Origin: Candidatus Thalassarchaeaceae archaeon
Lineage (GTDB): Archaea; Thermoplasmatota; Poseidoniia; Poseidoniales; Thalassarchaeaceae
Assembly: GCA_029250565.1 (NCBI GenBank)
Contig: JAQXFA010000136.1
Coordinates: 1 to 30,599, forward strand
Reading direction: 5' to 3'
DNA: 30,599 nucleotides
Both the position numbers and the translations under genes were made by a program. Within the stretch, counting starts at the first letter, position 1. Every line of letters begins with the position of its first letter. The notes beneath the pieces were generated by a model, which ran no database searches, was not told where the DNA came from, and was given only the letters and a program-made list of their open reading frames with translations. Shown here in pieces: positions 1-9,260 of the stretch.

Positions 1-375
1 CCACCTTTATTTGGATCTTGGAAAAACACCCCACTTTTTGGTTTACCTGGAAATCCAGTTAGCAGTCAAGTTGTATTTATCTCAATAGTTTCTCCATGGA
101 TTTCTAATTCTTGTGGGTATCACCCAATTCAAGGCCCTAAATTATTTGATAAAGTTCGAGTGAAGTTATTGTCGGCAGCAGTAGGTACAAAGAAAAAAGT
201 CACGTTGCGGCGTATTCAAATTACAGAGCAAGATGACATTTTAGTTGGTGAGGTGCCTGAAAACCAAGGTAGTGGTAATTTACGTAGTATGGTTGATTGT
301 AATGGTTTGACTTTTCTTCCAATAGGTGTTAACGGAAAACCAGGCGACACCATAGATGCACTTTGGTTGAGATGA
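1..375 (+). CDS. moeA: Molybdopterin molybdenumtransferase, C-terminal part (5' truncated by window edge)
   Basis: Frame 1 is open from base 1 to TGA at 373-375. It reads ...LFGLPGNPVSSQV... (MoeA GLPGNPVS motif) and ...NQGSGNLRSMVDCNGL... (domain IV motif). The ORF track shows only the last 71 aa. Confidence 0.88.
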   Translation, partial: PPLFGSWKNTPLFGLPGNPVSSQVVFISIVSPWISNSCGYHPIQGPKLFDKVRVKLLSAAVGTKKKVTLRRIQITEQDDILVGEVPENQGSGNLRSMVDCNGLTFLPIGVNGKPGDTIDALWLR

Positions 376-447
376 CACACATTCTAACTTTCAAACCATC
401 AATTCAAGAACGGTGAACGCGCGCTCACGTTTAGCGGAGGTGTGTGA

Positions 448-3429
448 GTGGTTGATGATAGCACTGGGCCACGCCTTGATGATGGTTGGATTGTAGTAAA
501 GGGCGCAAGAACCCACAACCTTCGTGATATTGATGTGGAAATCCCAAGAGGAAGATTTGTAGTTATATCAGGAGTGTCTGGTTCAGGAAAATCTAGCCTC
601 GCTTTTGATACACTTTATGCCGAGGGCCAGAGGAGATATGTGGAATCTCTTTCATCTTATGCTAGGCAATTTCTTGGTCAAATGAAAAAACCCGATTGTG
701 ATAGCATCGAAGGCCTTTCACCAGCAATTTCCATCGACCAAAAACAAGGATCTCATAACCCTCGTTCAACTGTTGCAACCACAACTGAAATTCAAGATTA
801 TCTTCGTCTTCTTTACGCTAGAGTTGGTAAACCTCACTGTCCAGAGTGTGGAAAAGAAGTAGCCCGTCGTACCGTTCAGGAAATTGTTGATGACATTGAA
901 TGGCGCATGGAAAGCCATGCTGTTGCGGTATGGTGCCCAACAATACGTAATCGAAAAGGCACTCATTCAGATTTGTTCAAACAATTAGTTGAACAAGGAT
1001 TTGTGTTTGGAAAGGTGAATGGCAGGGAAGTTGAATTTGAAGAACCGCCAACATTAGAAAAAAATCTACGCCATGATATAGATGTTAGAGTAGATAGATT
1101 GAGAATTTCACGTGAAAATCGACAACGATTAACAGAAGCGGTTGAATCTGGTTTGAGGCTTGGTGGGGGGACTGTTGCTATTGAGAGCATTTCAGGTTGT
1201 GAAAATAGTGAAGAATTACCCACTGGCTCAATATCATCAACTACTGAAAAAGGCGAATTAATCCCTTATAGTGAAGAATTTGCTTGTCCCACTCACGGTT
1301 CATTTATGCCAGAAATGTCCCCGCGTATATTTTCTTTTAACAACCCGTTGGGGGCGTGCACATCTTGCCACGGATTGGGTGTTGATAGGGCCTTTTCCTA
1401 TGAGTTATTGATGAATGAAGAGCGCTCTCTAGAAGGTGGTTGTGTAAGGCCATTTCAATCATCAATGATGGCTGGTTGGTATCGTAACCAGATGTGTCAA
1501 GTAGCTGAAAAATATGGTTTTGAATCAAATATTCCCTTTTCTGAATTAGATGATGATGCAAAAGACATCATCTTAAATGGTTCAGGCTCAACAGATATCA
1601 ACTTCAAATTTGAAAGCGAAAAAGGCTCTGTTTACCAAATGGTGAAACCTTGGGAAGGTGTACTTAATCGATTAATGCGCACTTATCGTGATACAGATAG
1701 TGAACGCAATCGTAACCGCCTCCAATCATACATGGTTGACCAACCATGTGCCGATTGTGATGGCCAAAAATTGAATCCAGCAGTAAGAGCGGTTACTGTA
1801 GGGGGGTTATCATTACCAGAACTTTCTCAATCAACGGTGTTAGAATCGTTAGCAGTATTACAACAATGGAGACTTGGTAATTCAGATCAAGAAATATGGG
1901 CCAAATTGGCTCGAGAACCATCGACAAGTGGTTCTGTCCCCCAATCAGAAAAATTAGGTGAGAGAGATCTTTTCATTGCTCGCGAAGTTCTCAAAGAAAT
2001 TGAATCAAGAATACAATTCTTAGCGTTGGTTGGCCTTGATTATCTCACATTAGATCGCCGCTCAAACACCCTTTCAGGTGGAGAAAGTCAGAGAATTAGA
2101 CTTGCATCCCAAATTGGTACAAGGTTGACGGGAGTAACTTATGTTCTTGATGAACCAAGTATCGGCCTCCATGCACGTGATAATCAACGCCTTCTCTCAA
2201 CACTCCGTGAATTGTGCGAAATAGGAAACACATTGCTTGTGATTGAACACGATGAAGAAACACTTCGTCAAGCAGATTGGCTAGTTGACCTTGGTCCCGG
2301 TGCTGGCCGTGAAGGGGGTCGGTTACTTGTCAGCGGTCCAATAGAAGATTTACTTGAACATGAAGAAAGTTTGACTGGTGCTTTCCTTGCAGGTAGGAGA
2401 AAGATTGCTGTACCAACTCCAAGAGTGAAACCAAACGGAGAGTGGTTGAAAATTGTTGGTGCTGAAGCAAATAACTTGCGTCAAATAGATGTCAATTTCC
2501 CACTTGGTTGCATGGTTGCAGTCACAGGGGTATCGGGTTCAGGAAAGTCAACTTTAGTTTCAGATATTCTCGCCCCTGTATTATTGCGTGAATTGAATGG
2601 GAGTGATAGTACACCTAGTAAACATGGGAGTGTATCTGGTTTTGATGATATTGACAAAGTGATTGTCATTGATCAATCCCCTATTGGTCGAACACCACGA
2701 TCGAATACAGTGACTTATACGAAGGGTTTTGATGAAATTCGCAAATTGTTTGCCGCTACACCATTAGCGAAAGAACGCGGTTACAAACCAGGTCAATTTT
2801 CCTTTAATGTAAGAGGTGGAAGATGTGAATCTTGTTCAGGTGCTGGTTCAGTGAAAATGGAAATGCATTTTCTCGCAGATGTTTGGGTGACTTGTGAAGT
2901 CTGTGAAGGTTCAAGATACACCCGTGAAACATTAGAAGTAACTTGGAAACAGAAGAGCATCTCAGACATACTTGACATGACTGTTCATGAAGCGTGTCAA
3001 TTCTTTGAAAGTCACAAAAAATTACACCGAATTCTGAAAACAATACAAGACGTGGGTTTAGGTTACATTCGCCTTGGCCAACCAGCAACAACGCTCTCTG
3101 GCGGTGAAGCACAAAGAGTCAAATTAGCAACTCAATTACATCGCCCCACAACCCGCCATACAGTCTACATTCTTGATGAGCCAACAACAGGACTTGCTTT
3201 ATCAGACGTTGAACAATTAATTGACGTTTTGTTGAGAATTCGTTCAAATGGCCACACAATCATTGTTATTGAACATCATCTTGACGTCATTAAAAGCGCA
3301 GATTGGGTGATAGATTTAGGGCCAGATGGTGGTGATGGTGGCGGTGATGTTGTTGCAATCGGTACCCCTGAAGAAATAGCCAATAACAAGAATTCCTTCA
3401 CAGGTAAATTCCTGAAAAAGGCACTTTAG
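448..3429 (+). CDS. uvrA: Excinuclease ABC subunit A
   Basis: 993 aa. Two Walker A motifs (GVSGSGKS), ABC signatures LSGGESQRI and LSGGEAQRV, Walker B LDEP twice, Zn-finger CxxC pairs, GGAGGTG RBS upstream of GTG. Confidence 0.98.
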   Translation: MVDDSTGPRLDDGWIVVKGARTHNLRDIDVEIPRGRFVVISGVSGSGKSSLAFDTLYAEGQRRYVESLSSYARQFLGQMKKPDCDSIEGLSPAISIDQKQGSHNPRSTVATTTEIQDYLRLLYARVGKPHCPECGKEVARRTVQEIVDDIEWRMESHAVAVWCPTIRNRKGTHSDLFKQLVEQGFVFGKVNGREVEFEEPPTLEKNLRHDIDVRVDRLRISRENRQRLTEAVESGLRLGGGTVAIESISGCENSEELPTGSISSTTEKGELIPYSEEFACPTHGSFMPEMSPRIFSFNNPLGACTSCHGLGVDRAFSYELLMNEERSLEGGCVRPFQSSMMAGWYRNQMCQVAEKYGFESNIPFSELDDDAKDIILNGSGSTDINFKFESEKGSVYQMVKPWEGVLNRLMRTYRDTDSERNRNRLQSYMVDQPCADCDGQKLNPAVRAVTVGGLSLPELSQSTVLESLAVLQQWRLGNSDQEIWAKLAREPSTSGSVPQSEKLGERDLFIAREVLKEIESRIQFLALVGLDYLTLDRRSNTLSGGESQRIRLASQIGTRLTGVTYVLDEPSIGLHARDNQRLLSTLRELCEIGNTLLVIEHDEETLRQADWLVDLGPGAGREGGRLLVSGPIEDLLEHEESLTGAFLAGRRKIAVPTPRVKPNGEWLKIVGAEANNLRQIDVNFPLGCMVAVTGVSGSGKSTLVSDILAPVLLRELNGSDSTPSKHGSVSGFDDIDKVIVIDQSPIGRTPRSNTVTYTKGFDEIRKLFAATPLAKERGYKPGQFSFNVRGGRCESCSGAGSVKMEMHFLADVWVTCEVCEGSRYTRETLEVTWKQKSISDILDMTVHEACQFFESHKKLHRILKTIQDVGLGYIRLGQPATTLSGGEAQRVKLATQLHRPTTRHTVYILDEPTTGLALSDVEQLIDVLLRIRSNGHTIIVIEHHLDVIKSADWVIDLGPDGGDGGGDVVAIGTPEEIANNKNSFTGKFLKKAL

Positions 3430-3435
3430 GACATA

Positions 3436-3452
3436 TCAGCCCTTAGGGCTGA
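3436..3452. promoter_or_regulatory. Perfect inverted repeat TCAGCCC-TTA-GGGCTGA between uvrA and purL (terminator hairpin or operator)
   Basis: 7-bp perfect arms with a 3-nt spacer, starting 7 nt after the uvrA stop. Function not determinable from sequence. Confidence 0.4.
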
Positions 3453-3509
3453 CAGCCGCTTCATTGATGGACGGTCGGCAAGACGGCACACTCGGAAGAG
3501 GTGCTCGGG

Positions 3510-6500
3510 ATGACGGTATTACAACCCCAACGAGTTGAAGTGACTCCTAAATCACTAGCTGGATTGAAAGACACAAGAGGGGAATCTATCCGCCGACAAT
3601 TAGCTTCTGACCATGACTTAGAGATAACAGAAGTACGTTCAATTACAGGTTATCTTGTAAAGGGAAATTTCAATGAAACACACCATGAGAAAATGGTTTC
3701 CGACCTTTTTTGTGATCCAATAATTGAGCACGGAGCTGTCAATCAATATATCTTAAACGACACCAATATATTCCCCCAAAAACCTGATGTTGCAATACAA
3801 ATCGGATTCAAACCAGGGGTTACTGATAATGCAGCACAAGCAGGTCTTGATGGATTGAAAACTCTATTTCCCTCTGAAGCAGAAGATGCAGAAGTATCCA
3901 CTACAATGACATATATTTTCTATGGAGTCCCAAACGATGTAGATTGTCAATGGCTTGCTAACCAACTTCATAATCCAATGATTGAGAGAGCTATAATATC
4001 TGATCAAACATCATGTGAGAACAATCAATGGCCAGCACTTGATTTCCCTGAACCACCTGTGAATATTTTTGGTACACCAGCAACAATTGATTTAGAGGTT
4101 GATGACGATTCTTTGATTGAAATAAGCGAAAAAGGCCTTCTCGCATTAAATTTAGAAGAAATGCAAACAATACAGGCACACTACCGTAACCCTGTAGTAA
4201 GGGCAACGAGAGAAAAAGAAGGACTACCCCCGGCAACACCAACAGATGTTGAATTAGAGTGCCTAGCACAGACTTGGTCTGAACACTGTAAGCACAAAAT
4301 ATTCGCAGCAAATATCCATCACGTAGATACTGAAACTGGAGAAGACTCCCACATCGATTCCTTATTCAAAACTCACATCATGAAACCAACTTTCGATATT
4401 GCTGAGAAAGTAGATTGGTTGCTCAGTCTTTTCCATGATAATTCAGGAGTGATAGAGTGGAATCCTGAATGGAGTCTTTGTATTAAGGCTGAAACTCACA
4501 ATTCACCTAGTGCATTAGATCCATTTGGTGGGGCAATGACTGGTATTGTTGGTGTGAATAGAGATATTTTGGGTACAGGATTGGGCGCGCGCCCAATAGC
4601 CAATACTGATGTATTCTGTTTTGGCCCACCAGATTATGAAGGAGATATTCCAGAGGGATTATTTCATCCAAGTAGGGTGTTCCGCGGCGTTCATGCAGGG
4701 GTACGTTCAGGTGGTAATGAATCAGGAATACCAACAGTGAATGGTGCGATAGTGTTTGAAGAAAGGTATCTTGGTAAACCATTAGTTTATTGTGGCACTG
4801 TTGGAATAATGCCGCGTCGTTTAGCAGATGGTAGAGAAAGCCACGATAAAACACCCAGCCCGGGCGATGTCATCTACATGGTTGGTGGCCGTGTTGGTAG
4901 TGACGGAATACATGGCGCCACATTTTCTAGCCTAGAATTAACCGAAGAATCACCTTCTTCAGCAGTTCAAATAGGAGACCCAATCACCCAGAAAAAGATG
5001 GTTGATATGCTCCTCAAAGCCAGGGATGACGGTCTTCTTCAAGTTACGACAGATAATGGCGCAGGCGGCCTTTCTAGTAGCATTGGTGAGATGGCAGAGT
5101 TAACTGGTGGGGCCAAGGTTGACCTTTCACAAGTCCCCCTCAAACAAGTGGGCCTTTCCTCATGGGAAATATTGGTATCAGAATCTCAAGAGAGGATGAC
5201 CGTTGGTGTTAGACCAGAAGATTGCCAAGAGTTTGAAAAGTTGGCTAGTTTGCATGAAGTAGAAGCAACAGCGGTTGGAACTTTCACAGATACAGGGGAT
5301 TTCCATATCTTACATGGCGAGCAGTCAGTTGCCTTACTTCCAATTGAATTTCTCCATGATGGTGTTCCACAATTACAACTTGAGAGCGAATGGATACCTC
5401 CAGTCAATGAAGAGCCAGCATATCCTCAAACCAACGCATCAGATATGGGTGGTATTCTATCCCGTCTTCTTGCCCGCCCAAATATTGCATCAAAAGAATG
5501 GTGGGTGCGCTCGTATGACCACGAAGTGATTGCTCAGACAGTAATCAAACCATTTTGTGGCGTCAATCATGATGCACCTGGGGATGCGGCTGTTATTGCA
5601 CCAATACATGGAGAAACACAAGGTGCTGTGATATCTTGTGGAATCATACCAAGATATTCAGATATAGACACTTATGCGATGGTTGCTGGTTGTATTGATG
5701 AAGCAGTTCGTAATGCAGTTTGCGTGGGTGTTGATCTTGATAGGATGGCTGGATTAGATAACTTCTGTTGGCCTGATTCTGTTGAATCAGAAAAGACTCC
5801 CGACGGCCGCTACAAACTCGCCCAATTAGTACGTGCTAACAGGGCTTTAGATGATGTTTGTAGGGCTTATCAATTGCCTTGTATTAGTGGTAAAGATTCA
5901 ATGAAAAATGATGTGATCATAAACGGTGAAAAAATAAGCGTCCCACCCACTTTATTGTTCACGTTGTTAGGTAATCACGAGGATATCCGTAAAGCAGTTT
6001 CAAGTGATTTCAAGAATAGCGGTGATATCATTTACTTGCTTGGGCAAACTCATCAAGAGTTGGGTGCAAGCGAATTAGTCACGATGTTCAGGGATGAATG
6101 TGGTGGTGGAATAGGTGGTAAAGTGCCAGCAATAGATGCTACAAGGAATCTTGCACTTTATCGCGACCTTACTGCAGCAATGCGTCAAGAGTTAGTTGTT
6201 AGCGCACATGATTGTAGTGATGGCGGTTTTGCTGTTGCTTTAGCAGAAGCTTGTTTTGGTGCTGATTCTGGTTGTAGTGTTGACATATCTGAGATATTCA
6301 ATGATAACAACAGTCTTGACAAGTGGGGGGCGTTATTTGGAGAGAGCCTCGGTCGTATTTTAGTGAGTGTAAGGGTTGAACACAGTTCTGAATTCGAAGC
6401 AGCAATGGCAAGTAATGCTTGTTTCCGATTAGGTGAAGTTGTTAGCGGCGATGAAATAACAATTTCAAAATCCGGTGAAACTATTCTTCAAGCCAGCATG

Positions 6501-6551
6501 TCAGCACTCAAACAATCTTGGCAAGCAACCCTTGATGGTGGTGGTGCTTGA
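3510..6551 (+). CDS. purL: Phosphoribosylformylglycinamidine synthase synthetase subunit with N-terminal PurS-like region
   Basis: Motifs QTWSEHCKHKIF, KAETHNSPS, GSDGIHGA, DNGAGGLSS, SESQERM, ISGKDS, HDCSDGG. About 1013 aa with no glutaminase domain. ATG 3510 preferred because GAGGTG RBS lies at 3498-3503 (track start 3501). Confidence 0.95.
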   Translation: MTVLQPQRVEVTPKSLAGLKDTRGESIRRQLASDHDLEITEVRSITGYLVKGNFNETHHEKMVSDLFCDPIIEHGAVNQYILNDTNIFPQKPDVAIQIGFKPGVTDNAAQAGLDGLKTLFPSEAEDAEVSTTMTYIFYGVPNDVDCQWLANQLHNPMIERAIISDQTSCENNQWPALDFPEPPVNIFGTPATIDLEVDDDSLIEISEKGLLALNLEEMQTIQAHYRNPVVRATREKEGLPPATPTDVELECLAQTWSEHCKHKIFAANIHHVDTETGEDSHIDSLFKTHIMKPTFDIAEKVDWLLSLFHDNSGVIEWNPEWSLCIKAETHNSPSALDPFGGAMTGIVGVNRDILGTGLGARPIANTDVFCFGPPDYEGDIPEGLFHPSRVFRGVHAGVRSGGNESGIPTVNGAIVFEERYLGKPLVYCGTVGIMPRRLADGRESHDKTPSPGDVIYMVGGRVGSDGIHGATFSSLELTEESPSSAVQIGDPITQKKMVDMLLKARDDGLLQVTTDNGAGGLSSSIGEMAELTGGAKVDLSQVPLKQVGLSSWEILVSESQERMTVGVRPEDCQEFEKLASLHEVEATAVGTFTDTGDFHILHGEQSVALLPIEFLHDGVPQLQLESEWIPPVNEEPAYPQTNASDMGGILSRLLARPNIASKEWWVRSYDHEVIAQTVIKPFCGVNHDAPGDAAVIAPIHGETQGAVISCGIIPRYSDIDTYAMVAGCIDEAVRNAVCVGVDLDRMAGLDNFCWPDSVESEKTPDGRYKLAQLVRANRALDDVCRAYQLPCISGKDSMKNDVIINGEKISVPPTLLFTLLGNHEDIRKAVSSDFKNSGDIIYLLGQTHQELGASELVTMFRDECGGGIGGKVPAIDATRNLALYRDLTAAMRQELVVSAHDCSDGGFAVALAEACFGADSGCSVDISEIFNDNNSLDKWGALFGESLGRILVSVRVEHSSEFEAAMASNACFRLGEVVSGDEITISKSGETILQASMSALKQSWQATLDGGGA

Positions 6552-7370
6552 ATGGTTGATGTCCCCCAAGTAGCAGTCCTCACTGGATTTGGAATTAATT
6601 GTGATGTTGAAACCATGGCGGTGTTTGAGATGGCAGGGGCAAAAGCTCATCGCATACATATCAATAGTTTAGTTAATGGTGACGATTCATTAGAAAACTA
6701 TCACATAATGGCAATACCAGGCGGTTTTTCCTTTGGTGACCACCTCGGTAGTGGTCGTTTACTAGGAAACAGACTTCGGTTTGGGATAAGGGAACAAGTA
6801 CGTCAATTTGTCAAAGACGGTAAACTTGTTATTGGGATTTGTAATGGTTTCCAAGTGTTAGTGAAAATGGGATTACTACCTGGTGATGATGATGTATCAT
6901 TACAACAAACCGCATCACTTACTCTAAATGATTCAGGCCATTATGAAGATAGGTGGGTTACCCTTGAATTCAATTCAGATAGTCCCTGTGTTTGGACAAA
7001 AGGTTTGTCTCGTATGCGAACACCTGTAAGGCATGGCGAAGGAAAATTCGTGGTACCAGACCAGTCTGTACTTGACCAATATGAACAACAACAACAAGTC
7101 GTAGCACGATATATTGATCCTAATGATGAATATCCCAGCGCGTCAAATGAACCCCTACCATACCCCCTATGTCCAAATGCTAGCATGCGTAATATTGCTG
7201 GTGTTTGCGACCCATCAGGATTAGTATTCGGATTAATGCCACACCCAGAAGCCAACCATTCAAAGTGGCTTGGCGCAACATGGACTCGCGAAGAGATGGG
7301 GGACGATTGGAAAGGCGAAGGAATGGCAATCTTTGAGAACGGCGTAAGATATGCAAAAGAAAATCTTTAG
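6552..7370 (+). CDS. purQ: FGAM synthase glutaminase subunit
   Basis: PGGFSFGD, GICNGFQ (catalytic Cys), HGEGK, GLMPHPE (His/Glu). ATG directly follows the purL TGA. Confidence 0.96.
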   Translation: MVDVPQVAVLTGFGINCDVETMAVFEMAGAKAHRIHINSLVNGDDSLENYHIMAIPGGFSFGDHLGSGRLLGNRLRFGIREQVRQFVKDGKLVIGICNGFQVLVKMGLLPGDDDVSLQQTASLTLNDSGHYEDRWVTLEFNSDSPCVWTKGLSRMRTPVRHGEGKFVVPDQSVLDQYEQQQQVVARYIDPNDEYPSASNEPLPYPLCPNASMRNIAGVCDPSGLVFGLMPHPEANHSKWLGATWTREEMGDDWKGEGMAIFENGVRYAKENL

Positions 7371-7389
7371 TCGAAAATAAACTGACATT

Positions 7390-7620
7390 TCATTCTTCTT
7401 CATCTAACTCTGAAGGACATGTTGAGATACCTATTAGCGAATAAGTTGGACAACTCCCCGATGTTGCAGTTGCAATTAACCAAATAGCGGTACCAATTGC
7501 GAAATAATGGAAAAACGCCTCAATACTACCTAAATTACCTGTTAACTCAACAATAGCAAGTCCTCCACCACCAATAGCTCGAACCATTCGGTCGGATGAA
7601 CCAACATTTTTTGAAAGCAT
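7390..7620 (-). CDS. Small membrane protein, DUF2892/YgaP-like
   Basis: KNVGSSDRMVR ... two hydrophobic segments ... GSCPTYSLIGISTC pattern. ATG 7620 is preceded by GGTGAT embedded in the end of the upstream gene. Confidence 0.7.
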   Translation of the reverse strand: MLSKNVGSSDRMVRAIGGGGLAIVELTGNLGSIEAFFHYFAIGTAIWLIATATSGSCPTYSLIGISTCPSELDEEE

Positions 7621-7621
7621 T

Positions 7622-8305
7622 TTAATCACCTAACAAATCATCAACATCGTCAACAATGTCCTTCCATTGTTTTCTTTCAGCACGCTTTTCACCCACTTCT
7701 AAGTCGACCATCAAATCACGTAAATCATCAGGAGCATCTTGACTAGCAGCACTGGCTTGAACCCTTGCTGTTAATTCATAATCTTCACCAGGGCGCTCTG
7801 AACGGTCTATTTGAGCGATTTTTTTACTAGGGACTGTTCTAATTCCTGAATCATCAACAATATCTGTTGGTAATTCTTTTGATAAGTCATGCAATTCTTT
7901 TTCGGTTGGGTCAGTGTCTTTCCATTTAGATTGGTTAGCCATTTCTCTTAGTGTATTCATTTTCTTCTTCTGCCTTGCAGTTTCAAAAGCGGCCTCAACA
8001 TCTTCTTGAGTCACTGCTCTTGGTTTCTTAGATTGTCCATGTAATAATTGTGCATAAGCGGCCATCCACTCACCATGTGTTTCATCATGTTCGTATGAAC
8101 TAGGCCTAGCAAGCATCTGAAACAATTCTTTGGACCATTGGCTTGCAAGTGATTGTGAGGGTAATTCAGCGACCCGCTCTCGAACATCCTTGTGAGTAGA
8201 AATACACTGCCGGCAACGATTCGAACCCACATCGTCTGGCGCGTCACAGAGCACACAACAAGTGGCCAACCCCATCTCAAGCATCGCCCTCCTAACGCCC
8301 GACAT
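7622..8305 (-). CDS. Hypothetical protein with N-terminal CxxC-x11-CxxC putative Zn finger and charged helical C-terminus
   Basis: CVLC...CRQC motif. Start moved to ATG 8305: the track's 321-aa version overlaps the opposite-strand M50 gene, and a TTGAA element sits at -30..-26 of 8305. Confidence 0.65.
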   Translation of the reverse strand: MSGVRRAMLEMGLATCCVLCDAPDDVGSNRCRQCISTHKDVRERVAELPSQSLASQWSKELFQMLARPSSYEHDETHGEWMAAYAQLLHGQSKKPRAVTQEDVEAAFETARQKKKMNTLREMANQSKWKDTDPTEKELHDLSKELPTDIVDDSGIRTVPSKKIAQIDRSERPGEDYELTARVQASAASQDAPDDLRDLMVDLEVGEKRAERKQWKDIVDDVDDLLGD

Positions 8306-8383
8306 CAATTCTAGCACGCACTCCCCCCCCTTCAACTCTCCCGGCTTGCGAACCCTCAAAGAGCCCGAACAATTCGCCATACT

Positions 8384-9250
8384 ATGGCAAGGGACCCAAG
8401 GGCGTCTCGTCTTGATGACGATCCTTTTGCAAAGATAGATGATAACCAGCCTACGAATAAAGGCACATCTCAACATGTTCGGGTTGTTATTCAACCCGGG
8501 CAACCAAATCCATTTGAGCCATTTCTCAAAGGTTTCTTTGATGTTGGTGGGCCAAGAGTTGTTAATCACAAAGGTTCCTTTTTTCACTTTTCAGAGCGTG
8601 AATTGAAGGATTTAGTAATGGCTACCTTTGCTTTTAGTTTTGCAATTTCCATAGTATTTCACGGCGGTATTTTCGGTATGTTGGAGTTACCAATGGGTGT
8701 ATTACTAATCAGTTTAATTTCTAGTATGTTTTTTGCTCTTGCCGCTCTTGGCCCCGCCTTCATACTTCATGAGTTAGCCCACAAATATGTGGCGCGCCAT
8801 TTTGGTTGCTGGGCGGAGTTTCGAGCAGATCCCCGCGGCCTAAAGATTGGAATTCTCATAGCCCTCGCCATTGGTTTTGTTTTCATGGCTCCAGGTGCTG
8901 TGATGGTTGCTGGAAGAGTTGGCCGTAAAGAGAACGGAATAATTTCAGTAGCGGGGCCAATAACAAATATCACCTTATTTTTTATTGGAATGATTGGAGG
9001 CGGGCTCCTCCTCTCAATATTCCACCATAATGTGTTAGCTGAACTAATAATATTCTGGATGTGGGGGAATGCAATTCTTGGTGCGTTCAATATGCTTCCA
9101 TTCGGGCCACTTGATGGTGCCAAAGTGAAAACATGGTCAGAACCCATTTTTTGGCTTTTCATGGCAATAACGATGGCTTTGGTTGTATCAGTCTTCAATG
9201 GCTACGCATTCACAATTGTTGCTACAATTGCTGGCTTACCAACACTCTGA
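8384..9250 (+). CDS. Site-2 protease family (M50) intramembrane zinc metalloprotease
   Basis: HELAH (HExxH) in a hydrophobic segment, NMLPFGPLDG (NxxPxxxxDG), several TM helices. Confidence 0.9.
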   Translation: MARDPRASRLDDDPFAKIDDNQPTNKGTSQHVRVVIQPGQPNPFEPFLKGFFDVGGPRVVNHKGSFFHFSERELKDLVMATFAFSFAISIVFHGGIFGMLELPMGVLLISLISSMFFALAALGPAFILHELAHKYVARHFGCWAEFRADPRGLKIGILIALAIGFVFMAPGAVMVAGRVGRKENGIISVAGPITNITLFFIGMIGGGLLLSIFHHNVLAELIIFWMWGNAILGAFNMLPFGPLDGAKVKTWSEPIFWLFMAITMALVVSVFNGYAFTIVATIAGLPTL

Positions 9251-9260
9251 TGTAATTACA

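Noticed and set aside
6549-6554. Stop-codon readthrough (Sec/Pyl) fusing purL and purQ in frame across TGA-ATG
   Set aside because: purQ has its own ATG and a complete N-terminus; abutting stop/start is ordinary coupling and no SECIS-like element was identified.
8306-8587. N-terminal 94 aa of the 321-aa track ORF; likewise track extensions at 10986-11066, 11843-11968, 12901-12948, 13568-13636 and 18272-18316
   Set aside because: They overlap neighbouring genes or promoter regions and lack family similarity; downstream starts fit RBS or promoter spacing better.
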